In this document: positions 50,672 to 64,000 of the stretch, in pieces
Numbering within the stretch: the stretch's first letter is position 1
How the letters are laid out: each line of letters opens with the position of its first letter
Source: Eledone cirrhosa
Lineage: Eukaryota
Reading direction: 5' to 3'
Length of the DNA stretch: 64,000 bases
NCBI GenBank assembly: GCA_964016885.1
Contig: OZ024744.1
Coordinates: 53,134,001-53,198,000, forward strand
Program-made: the position numbers and the translations under genes
Notes under the pieces: model-generated
Databases searched by the model: none
Seen by the model: only the letters and a program-made list of their open reading frames with translations
What the model was told of the DNA's origin: nothing

Positions 50672-51802
50672 AACTATAATAAACAAAGGAGTGCGGGACT
50701 GCGCACAGAATATAAGTGTTTATCCCGTTTGTAAAATAAGTTGGATTACTTTGAATAAATAATGGTTTCTTATATAGGCACAAAGCCAACAATTTTGAGG
50801 GAGGGGAAAGTCGATTAAACCGACCACAGTGCATGACTGGTATTTTATTTTATCGACCCCGTAAGGATGAAAGGCAAAGTTAACCTCGGTGGGATTTGAA
50901 CTCAGATCATAAAGGGCCGTAACTCTTTGCTGAAAAGCATGGCGTTCGACCCTCTACCGATACTGCCAATCCACCGAATAAATAATGAATGAATATTACA
51001 CAATTTATGTACTAAATTTCGTAACTTTTGATTAAATATAAATAAGTTTATTGCTTATTTAAAGATTCACTTCTTTAAAATTTTCAAATGTCAACACTTC
51101 CGGTTAGCGAGCCCGTTATATTATAACACTTATAAAAACATCGCTAATTTTCTCCTAATGTAGTTTATATATAATATCGTCTTTTTTTAATGTATCATGA
51201 ATTACGTTACTGATTACGTAAGACAGTATAACAACAGTCTCTCTTCAATTTCTGTGTATATTGTCAATTACGATTTTATTTGACATATCATATCTACATG
51301 CATATATATTTGCGTATAATATTAATATGCACACTACACTTGCTCGCAGAAAACCCCCCTACGGCGGGTTTTCTGCTTGCATATGTAGTGTGTATATTGA
51401 TATTATACGCAGGTATATATACATGTAGATATGATACATCAAATACAATCGTAATTGACAATATATAATACATAGAAATTGAACGAAGACTGTGTTACAC
51501 TGTCTTATTTAATCAGTAACGTAATCCATGATACATTAAAAAATTATTATATATGAACTGCATTAGGAGAATATTAGTATGTTTATCTAAGCGATGGCCA
51601 ACCGGAATTGTTGACATTTCAGAAATTTTAAAGAAGTGAATCTTTAAATAAACAAAATATATTTAATCAACAGCGACGAAATTTAGTAGATAAATTATGT
51701 AATATTCATTCAATATTTATTCAAAGTAATGCAACTTATTTTACTAATGAGATAACAATTATAAACCGTACGCAGTCCCGCGCTCCTTACTTTATTATAG
51801 TT
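50672..51802. mobile_element. Fold-back/MITE-like element (almost entirely inverted repeat, centre ~51359), interrupted by a SINE
   Basis: Termini aactataataaacaaaggagtgcgggactgcg / cgcagtcccgcgctccttactttattatagtt; the internal arms are complementary. Confidence 0.75.
50764..50976 (-). mobile_element. tRNA-derived SINE with ~10-bp TSD (aataaataat)
   Basis: Homology with the other copies; the duplicated flank is seen on both sides. Confidence 0.88.
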
Positions 51803-51809
51803 TAGATTA

Positions 51810-53590
51810 TCATTTGTTCTTTTATCACAGGTTTTGTAGCAACTTCTGGATTCTTACCTGAGTGGCTTGCTATCTGTAAACTTCTGTACCATATTATTTG
51901 TTCTTTTCAACTACCTAGTACTTTTCCGATAATTCTGGCCCTACCAAAGAGGCAAACGTTTTGCAATAACTCCTAATGTATTCTCTATTACCATTTTCCT
52001 CCTGTTTCTCTCAATATCTTTTGATATTGTACTAAATGACCGACCAACGACGGCTCTATCTTCACCTTTTTCATTTTCCTAGTCGACCTATCTCATATTT
52101 AAGAATATTGTACACATTTAATGTATTGCCTTCCTTAATAATCCGTGAATCAAATAGGCATACCACGTCGACTACAACACATGCATGATTTACTTAGTCC
52201 ACCACCACTAAGCTCGGTTTGTTGTGTCCAAATACCTGGTCCGTTTGTATCGGGAAACCCCACAGGATTTTGCAAGTCACCGACTCAATTAATTTCTAAG
52301 GTTTGTGGTCGCATCGTGTCTAAACACTCTCTAACCTCCACTTTTCACACACTTTCAAATAAAGAACTTTTGGCGACATATTGTATCTCCACTACTTATA
52401 CTGGTTTGGGAGAAGTCTGGGACATTCTGTTACAATATGAGCAATAATTTCGCCAAATTCTTTTACATATTCTGCACATTTCTAACACTGATCTTCCAAT
52501 TTCTGTCCAAAGCTTTGTCTTGCGCAGCAAGTGCATTGCTCTCAGTCTCCTTTGTAAGTGCTCCTTTCTGTAACCAGTCCCACCTGTTTTCTAGCAACTT
52601 TAGTTCATGCGAAATTATTGAGTTGTGCTTCTTCTTATGCTTCTTGTACTTGCTTTATGTTCTCCCTCTTCCCTACATTCAATATGTTCTCTTACCACTA
52701 CTAGTAAGGTTTCCTCATTTTAGTAAGATTTCCTCATTTTATCTCAGCAAGCTCCTTTGTTCAATATGCGCGCAGTTTTCTACACTTATTAGTTTATTGC
52801 AGAAATTGATGTTTCTGTCATTCAGCTTTTAAATCCAATATATTCCTCGACTCTTGCTGTCTTTTCCTTCGTATCATGAATAATTCCATCAGCCTCAATT
52901 ATATCCAGATATTTATATCCATATTCAAGTTGAGCGGCCCTTGCCATTCTGAGTTCAAATCCCGCCGAAGTTGACTTTGCCATTCATCCTTACGGGGTCG
53001 ATAAAATAAAGTACCAGTAATGTACTGGGTAATTGCTGGCCTTGTGCCAATAGTAGAAACAATTATTTCACCACTTTTCATACTTATATCTTCTGTTCTG
53101 ACAAATGATCCTCTTCTCCATCACCATCACAGCATATTTTGTAAGTCAAATCTCCATCTTGATATCATCTGAGAAAATACGCACAGAATGGACTAAACTC
53201 TCTAATTCTGTTTCACATTTTGCGAACAACTTCAATTCATCCATAAATAACAGGTGGTTCAGCTTTCCTTTACCACTTCCCAGATCATACCCCAAATTTG
53301 TCTTCCACAATATGGAGTCACTCAATGGAATCACTCCCAGCACAAAGATCAACGGGGAAACACTGTCTCCTTGGAAGATTCCTCTACTAATTTCCACTTA
53401 TCTTAACACCTGATTCCCTGTTGTCAATTCAGTGCTCCAGCATTTCATTCTGTCTTGTATAAAGCTATTCATAATTACTGCTAATCCATACATTTCCATA
53501 GTTCTTGTTATCCATGAATGTGGTATCATATCGTATACATTCTGATAATCATTCCAAACCATATTCAAGTTTATGTGCTTCCTTCCATAC
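51810..53590 (-). mobile_element. Degraded R4/Dong-type element (RT to RLE), interrupted by a SINE
   Basis: GIFQGDSVSPLIF..NHLLFMDELKLFAK in 53146..53397; further fragments downstream. Confidence 0.75.
52935..53066 (+). mobile_element. 5'-truncated SINE
   Basis: B-box and 3' end ...tagtagaaacaattatt. Confidence 0.8.
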
Positions 53591-53868
53591 GAATAAGGTA
53601 AAAACCCTTTCTCACCTTTCCTTCTCTTTATGTAACACTAGACCCCTTGGGTCACGTTCACTTCAAAATATTTAAAAAAAATCATGTTCACTTAAAAATA
53701 ATTTTTAAATAATTAAAATATACACAGACATGTATATAATGTGAAATGAAATAGGAAGACCCATATATATATATATGTGTGTGTGTATGTATATATATAT
53801 ATATATATATAAATTTTAAAGGATTGTAAATAAAACGAGTAAATCAGACAAAGTTGGAATTCCTTTTA

Positions 53869-53905
<37 letters not shown>

Positions 53906-54660
53906 CGAAGGAGTTGTGGTAAGGAACCAGATGGACCATAACGCAACAGAGTACTCAATACTTAGGGTAGTAGAGTGGGTAATAGTAAAATGTATGACCC
54001 CGACGGCAGAGCTCAAGCTCCCAATCAGCATAATCAACTACATAAAAAATCAATTAAACGAGGCTATAAGTTTAAAATGAAGAAACAATACATAAATAAA
54101 TGATAACTATTTTATCCGCGATCCACAGCCACAGAAGATTTCCCAGTATTTCTAATAGCGCGTAGAAATCGACTAGACATATAGTTAACCATACACAATT
54201 AGGTAGTTGATTATGCTGTATATATTTTATCAAATGAATCTATGGACTTTCTTTCTTATATATATATATATGTGTGGGTGTCTGTGATCTATATTCACTG
54301 GTCATAGACACACACACACATATATACACACATATATACACATATATATACACACCACCAGCTCTTTTTCTTACATTCTCCTTCTCTGTCTCCTCTCTCT
54401 CTCTCTATGTCTCTCTTTCAATCTACTCTCCACAACTACTATCTCTTTTTCTCTATCTTTCTCTCTCTCTGTTTATGAAGGTACCCCGAAAACCCCACAT
54501 CTCGGGAACCCGCGCTTCGATTTACGTGAAACTTGTTTTAATCCATTTGTATTCACATTTCAGAGTCAACTTCCTTTCAAAATATTTTCCCATTATGCAC
54601 CCTTTTGGCTGTATTACACTACAGACAAGCAAGCAATCACAGACTTTTAGTAATATATAG

Positions 54661-55650
54661 ATGGCTTTTCTTAGGATTAGCAGTATAAATGCACATGGCC
54701 TGGGGGAGTTTGCGAAGCAGGGCCACCTGCTCAACGACTTCAGGTCTCTGAACATACATGCTGTAGCCATCAGTGACACGAGCCTTCGCTCCCATTTGCT
54801 GAGCTATGAGGTGTAAGCATCTCCAAGATCCAGGATTGCAGTCACAGTGTTGTTTCGGAATGGCTTGGATCTAAAGATATGGGCCATCTTCTTCGACCCG
54901 GAGGATAAGTTGGTGGTCCTAGATGTGATCAACAAAAATATGTACGCTTTTAGGTTAGTGGCGGTCAATACCCCACTCCTTATTTTTAGTGGGTGATTGG
55001 AACGGCATCTTATACGTAAGCTGGGACTGTGAGGGACTAACAAATAGTGGATGAGGATGGAAAGCCTCGCAAACTTACCCAGGCGCTTCCAACTGTCTGA
55101 CAAGAACCGACTGGATTTCCCAGATGTGCCAATGTGGACCTGGATCGGATCTATAGATGGATTTCAGCTCCTTTCTAGATGGTCTGCCACGGCTCTTGGC
55201 GAGGGAGGCGGGGTGTTGTGAAAAACCGATAACAGCCGATGAAATTTGGGACGCGATGAGTAACTGCACACAAGGCATATCGTCTGTATTGGATGGTCTG
55301 CTCTATGAGCTTTACACAAATATGACTGATTTATTCAGCGACATCTTAGCTGACGTTTACGCCAATTAGCAACAGGGTGGGAGAATTCGTAGTTCTGTGA
55401 ACTGAGGGGTGGTGGCGCTGCCGAGAAAGGGCCCGAATAAAGGGAACTATATAGATAAGTTTAGGCCGATAACTCTCCTAAATGCAGAATTTAAAATTTT
55501 GACCAAAGTATTAGCAACGAGGTTGGCGCTTGTCGTTGGTGGTCTGGTGGGAGAGGCGTAGACATGTCATACCGGATAGATTCATTGACGACAACCTCCC
55601 CCTTGTATCAGAGAGGATGGTTAAGGAACTTGGTACGGGTGGGGCCTGGT
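54661..55650 (+). pseudogene. Old Tx1 ORF2 remnant with deletions
   Basis: MAFLRISSINAHGLG..KQGHLLND, LDGLPRL, RPITLLN homologies. Confidence 0.8.
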
Positions 55651-55973
55651 AGCATTGGGTGTCTTTATTTTAAATATATATATATATATACATACACACA
55701 CAAACACACACACATATATATATAAATGAAAGGTATAGAAAACATTGTAGCAAAAAGCCAACAGTATTCCATAATATATAAGTGACTACAGCGTCAAAAT
55801 GGGAAAATAGTTAACGTAAGATGTGGGAAAAATAATTCAAACTCAACTCAAAGAGAATCAGGATATAGATTTATCCACAGAATTTAGTGAAATTCAGGGA
55901 AAAAATCAATAGAGCCTTAACTCATGATAAAATAAAGTTTAAAAAACTCATCCTTCAATTTGGAAAAACTTCA

Positions 55974-56005
<32 letters not shown>

Positions 56006-56094
56006 ACGTAAAAGGTAAACAGAAATAAAAACACAATCGGTACATTATATGGAAGGAATATATTAGGTTAACTCTTGAAATAGCAGGAAGAGGG

Positions 56095-56130
56095 TCTTAA
56101 CGTTTCGGACGCTAGTCCTTTATCAGAAGA
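56095..56130 (-). ncRNA. Degenerate minimal hammerhead (core G8->A)
   Basis: TCTT-CTGATAA-A-GGAC(tagc)GTCC-GAAA-CGTT-AAGA. Confidence 0.5.
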
Positions 56131-57466
56131 AAGGATGAGAAATAAAATAGATTGAGGGGACGGGCGGGCTGCAATTGGGAAAAATGTCTTTAGATAGAAA
56201 TAACTGGTCCATTCATGTTGAAAGCCATAATATATATTTTAAGTCATAGCTTACTGATGAGTTTACGGCATCTTAATTAATATCTATTCGTTTACCGGAA
56301 CGAAACCGCGATATCAGCACCAATTTGTAGGTGAAATTTTATTTTTATTTTAAAATATATTTTTTGCTTATAATGCTTAATTTAATATACTGTAAATTTT
56401 TCACCTAAATACAATTTTGGAAAAAACGAAAAAACTCTACAAATTATAGTTTTTAGCCTATATATAGTATTTGAGCTATTTAAGATGTAATATGACTGAA
56501 ATAATTATATTTTAGTTCATTTTATATTTCCCTAAAAGTAGGGAAACAAATATGTTTTTCGCTCTTTACATCTGTTTACATAAGTTTCCCATGTTCACAC
56601 ACACATACACACACACACACACATAGACGCACACACACATGTAGATATAGATACAGATGTAAATAAATGAATAAATATATAAGAATACATTCAAGAATAT
56701 ATATATATACGACAAGATGAAGGACCCCGACGGCTGAGCTCTGGCCGTTTCAACAGCTAGATCCGATAGCTATATATATATTTATATATTTGTGTGTGTG
56801 TGTGTGTGTATTTGCAAATGTGTATGTATATATATGAACATAAACACACCTCCACCACCATTCAGCTGGTCTGCATTCTCTTCCATTCTGTATTTTTAAC
56901 ATTTTTTTTACCACTCTTTCTTCATCTCTCACTCACTTTTTCTCATGCATATACACGCATTCTCTCCTCCTCTCTTTCTCTCCTTCTCCCCTTCACTGTC
57001 TCTGTATGTCTGTATGTCTGTCTCTCTTTTCTAGTCCTTGCCTTTCACTCTTTATCGACCACTCGTTTTCTTCTCAACATCTCTGTAATATTCTCCATCC
57101 ATCCATCTCCTCACAACTTCTGTTTGTCCAGATACATTTTTTTGTTCTTGTTCCCCCATCAACCGCCCCAAAACTCTTACTCCACCTCCTCTTTACCTTC
57201 CCCCTTCACCACCTCCACTCCCTCAAACTTTTTGAGTTTTCCGGAACCATTACTTCTTCCCCGAAAACATTAATAGATCGTCAGCACAAAGTTTACACAA
57301 GTGAAAGGAGAGTATTATCAGAGATCTGGCTACAATAAGCTCTCAGAATATAGCTGCAGTGCGTGTTGCCAATTATATATTATATGTCGGAGAGACTCTC
57401 ATTGCTAGTGAGTATTCAACAGCCAAGGATTGGTCTTACAACCACACAGTCTGTATTGGCAGACAA

Positions 57467-57470
<4 letters not shown>

Positions 57471-57527
<57 letters not shown>
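57471..57527. repeat. (TC)n microsatellite
   Basis: Seen directly. Confidence 0.95.
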
Positions 57528-57531
<4 letters not shown>

Positions 57532-58147
57532 CTCACACTCTCCCTCTCTCATTCTCATTCTCTTTCTCAAACCTCACCACACCACACCATACCACACCAC
57601 AGCACACTACACCACACATATCCCATCCCCATCGTAATTCTCGTAATATTGAGCTTGTCCAACACAAACAATAGCAATGGCGACTTAATCAATGGGATCT
57701 TGTGTACCCGGTCTAAAACGTTTCCATGACAACGGCAGACGCGGCCTCACCGGTGCGTGACTCTATGAATGCATCAAACCCCAAGAGAAAGGCTTAGTAG
57801 ATAATCTTTAATTTCGGGGTGTACAAGAACTGGATAGTTTCTAGCATACTGCCCACCAGATGGTGTGTCTTTGGTAATAGTGCCGCTAATATAAAGAACA
57901 CGTTCGATTTTTTGACTTGATGAGCCAGCCTCTGTGTTCTGTAAAGGATATTTCCGTTCGCTAATGAAATCTCTATTACTTTACAGTACTCAAAGGATGA
58001 ACAAGGAAAAGCCAGAACTATGGCCATTAGCCAGAGACGGGATAACTTGAAAATCTACTACGCTACAAAGACATACGTTATCATTTCCCCACTCTCCTTC
58101 TTCCTTTCTCATTTTATTTCTTTAATAATTTTGTTTTCTTGGATAAG

Positions 58148-59073
<926 letters not shown>

Positions 59074-59151
59074 ATGTCCCCTCGTTATCGAGTATGGCCA
59101 TTGCATGATATACCATTATTAATAGTTACTAATTAATTCTATCGTGCAATT

Positions 59152-59390
59152 CCTGTGCGTTAAGATATTCTTTAAAGTGAGGAAAGACTGTGCACTGAGT
59201 CAATCCCATTCTCTGAGCGACAGTAGCTATGACCCGAAAAGAAGAAAAGATCAACATCATGGGTAACTACTGAGCCGCAGGTTTTATATCGGTGTTATTC
59301 CAGTTTCCTGAGTTGCCTTCTTCTAGAAGAATGCCCTGACAAAGGCTATGGGTCCTTCACTCTCAGTGGTTTAACCGCGCGATCCAAAAG
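59152..59390 (-). mobile_element. Second copy of the short retroposon at 25478-25693, with an inverted 5' part
   Basis: Direct similarity over 59152-59313. gaatgccctgacaaaggctatgggtccttcact is near-reverse-complementary to 25643-25675. Confidence 0.65.
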
Positions 59391-59469
59391 AACATACATA
59401 CATACATACATACATACATACATACATACATACATACATACATACATACATACATACACTCATACATAC

Positions 59470-60352
59470 ATTCACAAAATACCTGATTCACAAAAGAGAT
59501 AGGGATGCAGGCAAAAAACGTAGATGTGATAACAAGTGCAGACACTGCAGAATTAACATCGAAGATGTCACCCATGTCAAAAGCAGCTGTCCAAAGATGT
59601 CATCGCGGTACTATCTACCTATGAGGCATGATGTAGTGGCCAAAACACTGTACACTGCAATCCGTATAAAAGATAGCCCCGATAATAAACACATTAAAAG
59701 CTACAGTAATGTGGAAGACATCCATATACATAATGTGAAAGAGTACTGGTGGAATGTTCCAGTAAAAACCCTAATAAAATGCAGGCATAACAGACCAGAT
59801 ATAATGATATGGGACAGGGAGAAGAAAGCATGCACAGTAGTGGAAATTAGCTGCCCAGCAGATGCCAATCTAATATCAAAGATTAGGGAAAAAGAGAATA
59901 TTTATGCAGAACTGATGAGAAATCTGCAGATACTCCACCCTGATTACACCTTCAGATTTATGCCTGTGATTATTGGGGAACTGGGGTATGTTAGTAACTG
60001 CCTCAATACAAATCTTGAGAAGCTAGGCTTCACAAGAACAGAAAGAACACAACTAGTTAGGAAATTACAAGTACAATCCATTAATGGAACAGTAAAAATA
60101 TGTAAAACATTCCAAAAATGTTGCATCTAATAACTGCATATACACATGTACAGATACTAAGCATATATACATGCACACATACAACTCAAAACATACACAA
60201 CCACACATACAATAACATCCATATCTACACATGCATGCATACATAATCTACTTAGTTGATGTTGTGTAAATTCCAATGAGAGAGTCTTGTGTCCATGTTA
60301 GAAACCGACTCTCTCTCTATTGGTAAACATTTGTGAAATTAAAAAACCAGAA
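59470..60352 (+). mobile_element. Diverged R4/Dong-type 3' fragment (RLE) flanked by (CATA)n
   Basis: ORF 59597..60130: RHDVVAK..WWNVP..HNRPDIMIWD..VVEISCP..KENIY..PVIIG. Confidence 0.82.
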
Positions 60353-60592
60353 GAACATACAAATATACATCCATCCATACATACATACATGTACATATAT
60401 ACATATGATGGCGAAATGAAGTGACCTTTTCATAGAAGAAATTTATTTCGTTTGTGCTCCTGGTCACTCTCTTCTGTTTCTCTATTTCTTCTTTCATGCC
60501 ATTGCACATTGGGACAGGAAAACAGGTAGAAACAAACTTTGCCTTTAGGCGAATTACACACACCACACACACATACATATATATGCAATAAT

Positions 60593-60772
60593 TGTTTCTA
60601 CTTTTGGCACAAGACCAGCAATTACCCAGTGCTTACCGCTCTTATGGCCCTTTGCATTATTAGTTCAAATCCTGCCGAGGTTAACTTTACCTTTCATCCT
60701 TACGTGGTGATGAAATAAAGTACCAGTAATGCACTGTGGTAATTGCTGGCCTTGAGCCTAAAGTAGAAACAA
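60593..60772 (+). mobile_element. Truncated SINE with an inverted copy of its own 3' end at the 5' side
   Basis: 60593-60636 is near-reverse-complementary to 60726-60771; B-box-like ttagttcaaatc in between. Confidence 0.75.
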
Positions 60773-60776
60773 ATCA

Positions 60777-60810
<34 letters not shown>

Positions 60811-60812
60811 AT

Positions 60813-61235
<423 letters not shown>

Positions 61236-61341
61236 TCATATATTTTACACTCTGTATAGCTCTACACATCACCACAGAAGTGAACCTAAACATCGAGTGC
61301 TCACCCGGGTGAACCTGCAGTAACTCCTAGTTACATCCACT

Positions 61342-61386
<45 letters not shown>

Positions 61387-61834
61387 TGGTGAAGAGTAAC
61401 CTGGAAAGCAGGGCATGCAGTCCAATTGCCATGGCGGAAAGTGGGGCTGTGCAGCCTTACCCTCCTCCCAATTCCCTCTAAATGACCCTCCCGGTCAAAG
61501 CCGCATGTAGCGTTATCTAGTGTGTGTGTGTGTGTGTTATCTTTTTATGTGTCTACGATTTAGTAAGCAGCCAAAATTCTGCTTGCTTCAACCGACGCAA
61601 TTGACCAACTGAAGATTCTATAACGCATGCACTGCATGCGTTGCATGCACGCACCCTTCGCCCCTGATATATACATATGTGTATGTGTTGGAAAGCTGCA
61701 TTATGCTATTTATCTTGATACTTTAGTTTACAAGATTGGCTGCCACAATACTAATGCCAACACGAAGGTGGAAAGTAAATCACATGAATGGTAGCTACTT
61801 TAGCAGTGAGTCTAAATTCTGTCTCGCGCTAAAA

Positions 61835-62040
61835 GTTTCATCAGGCCGGTTCTTATCCCGGTTTTCGTTGCGTGAAGTGATTGAGTGTATAATATCTCCC
61901 CTGGACAGGACGTCAGTCCACCACTGATTTAAACCCCCTAGCTATTGCTTATATGCATTTTCAGTGTAACGACGTCAAATAAAGTGATTTGTTTACATCC
62001 CAGGAATCGAACACTTAACTCTAGGCCACGCAGCTTCGCA
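61835..62040 (-). mobile_element. Second SINE family, probably a Nin-domain SINE
   Basis: tcccctggacaggacgtcagtccacc resembles the Nin central domain (from memory). The minus strand begins with a tRNA-like gcgtggcctagagttaag..gttcgattcc. Confidence 0.5.
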
Positions 62041-62616
62041 TTTAGCAGGGGAGACGATTTAAATGGTATAAATCATCAATCCTCAGTACTAGAAATTCTA
62101 GAAATTAGTTCTCTTTTTCTTGTTAAGATTCGGTTGGTGTGTCCATTGATATGAAGTTTCTCGTTAAGATGGGAATGGAGTTGTTATTGGTGGTGGTGGT
62201 GGTGTTACTGGTTGTAATGGTGTTTATAGTGTTGGTCGTGGTAGAGTTCATGGATATTTGCATGCATGTGTGTCTGTTAGTGTATGCAAGTGTGTGCGTA
62301 AGTGTCTATTTATCTGTGTGTGAGTATGTGGTGTGAATGCATGTGTATATGGTACGTGTGTTTGTGAGTATATGGGTGTCTGTGTATCTACATGCATATG
62401 TTTGAACGTATGGATGTATGTGCATTGATGTGCGTGAATTTATGTTTAAGTATGTCTATGTGTATGTATACGTGTGTATGGGTGTATATGGGTAAGTTTG
62501 TATCTGTGTGTATGTGTAAATGTGAGTATGTGAGTAAGTGTAAATATGAGTATTTGTGTGTATGTGTGTATCTGTATGTATGTTCGCGTCTGTGTTTCTA
62601 CTCGGTCGTTTTATCT

Positions 62617-62780
62617 CAGGCATGGGAAACCCTTTTCGAGCAGTGGGCCGCATAGGATGTGACTTATGATATGGCGGGCGGCACTACTAAAAAATACAAG
62701 GCAATTTTGGAATTAGGCGTATCATTCAGAAAGCCAAACGGGCCGCATGCCGCTTGCGGGCCGCAGTTTGCCCATGACTG
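62617..62780. mobile_element. hAT (Charlie-like) MITE
   Basis: TIRs CAGGCATGGGAAAC / GTTTGCCCATGACTG, subterminal GGGCCGCA motifs, imperfect 8-bp TSD ttttatct/ttttagat. Confidence 0.7.
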
Positions 62781-63159
62781 TTTTAGATTAATTGTTGGAT
62801 AAAGTCTCAGCAACCAGGCTGGTATATGCTTACCAGTCCTATCTTGTTACATCCACACATATCCGAACACATTTAACCCTTTTGTGGCCATACTTCTAAT
62901 GAAAGACACTACTTGTGATATACATGATTTTGGAGAAGTCTAGTAATGTATCTAACTTTCGTATTATTAATATGCTGTTTTGAACTTAGCAAAGGAGGAA
63001 TGGTTCGTATAACGTGAAGTAATAAGTTTTAAGCAAAATATTTTTTAGATACGAGATTTAAATTTGGATTATTTTTTGTGTCCTTCCCAACTTCTTATTT
63101 TCATTTCATTTCATAGAGACCATTGCCATAGAAACAACGTGCATCAAACTATATATATA

Positions 63160-63918
63160 TATGAAAAAGTTTGTCCTCATCAGTGGCCTTCCAACCGTCG
63201 TAGGCATTTCGTCGCATTAAAGGCCATATACCTCAGGTTGGTGCGAGCAACGGCTAAAAATAGTCGTTGGGACACGTAAATAAAGGGGACGCTAGGGTAA
63301 ACAGACAAAATGGTTTAAGCAGCAGAAAGTTATGAAGAAGAAACAAGTCCCAGATTTCTATGAATATAAATTCGGTGGAATCGTGAACGAGAGAATAAAG
63401 ACCATCAAACCTGGTTGAAATGTGAGCAAGGAAAGAATTTCGCACAGGTCTAACGGGAGGAAGAAGGGGTCTGGTCTGCGAATTCGGTAAACATAAGTTC
63501 TGTGAAGTCGCATACGAGAGAGAGAGAAAAAAAATTCATACCGGCTTGGCCAAGTGTCCGCGAGAAAAGGATTATGGACAGGTCAAACGGGAAGAAAGGG
63601 GAGGAGGAGAGGTAGTGACAGAGAGTGAGTGAGTGAAAGGTGAGGAAGAGGCTAACAGAGAGAGAGACTGCTAGAAAGGGTAAAGACACAAAGAACGAAA
63701 CAGACTGGTGGCAGCGGAGGAAAAAATATATGTGTAAATATGATAATAATGGAGCTGCGGCGCTGCAAATGGGTTACATATGAAAATGTTTGTCCTCATC
63801 AGTGGCCTACCAACCGTCGTAGGTATTTCGTCGCATTAAAGGCCATATATCTCAGGTTGGTGCGAGCAACGGCTAAAAAAAGTCGTTGGGACACGTAAAT
63901 AAAGGGGACGCTAGGGTA

Positions 63919-63922
<4 letters not shown>
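63160..63922. repeat. ~143-bp direct repeats (63160-63303 and 63779-63922) flanking a ~475-bp spacer
   Basis: Near-identical copies seen directly; flanked by (TA)n. Confidence 0.8.
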
Positions 63923-63982
<60 letters not shown>

Positions 63983-64000
63983 GTGTGTGTTACCTTTTCA

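Noticed and set aside
57690-58080. Possible Penelope RT remnant
   Set aside because: Similarity too vague to call by eye.
63170-63230. Minus-strand CGAAA...CTGATGAG as a type II hammerhead
   Set aside because: Stem II does not pair and there is no NUH triplet at the required position.

Overview
Eukaryotic, repeat-dense animal DNA with no recognisable host gene. The tRNA-derived SINE resembles the abundant octopus SINE as I remember it, so an octopod cephalopod is my inference. Most of 1-45 kb consists of arrays of non-LTR retrotransposons. These are two-ORF L1/Tx1-type elements (ORF1 with a CCHC knuckle; ORF2 with APE endonuclease, RT and a C-terminal Cys motif; copies labelled A-H), single-ORF R4/Dong-type elements (RT, CCHC, restriction-like endonuclease) and SINEs. 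In the two arrays every element junction is a short (AAT)n tract and orientation follows a strict rule: Tx1 and SINE read (TAT)n on their sense strand, Dong reads (TAA)n. A diverged Tx1 sister family sits in (GATA)n instead, and a diverged Dong family sits in (CATA)n. The strongest candidates for something undescribed are: (1) a perfect 5' splice donor GTAAGT plus a pyrimidine tract at the ORF1/ORF2 junction of all six Tx1 copies that retain the junction; (2) one chimeric copy whose ORF1/ORF2 module swap falls exactly at that donor; (3) covarying 3'-UTR and positionally conserved 5'-UTR RNA structures; (4) partitioning of different microsatellites among families. There is also an intact minimal hammerhead ribozyme, fold-back and snap-back junctions, MITEs and many microsatellites. 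Every fully visible element carries disabling mutations. Boundaries were read by eye and may be off by a few nt.
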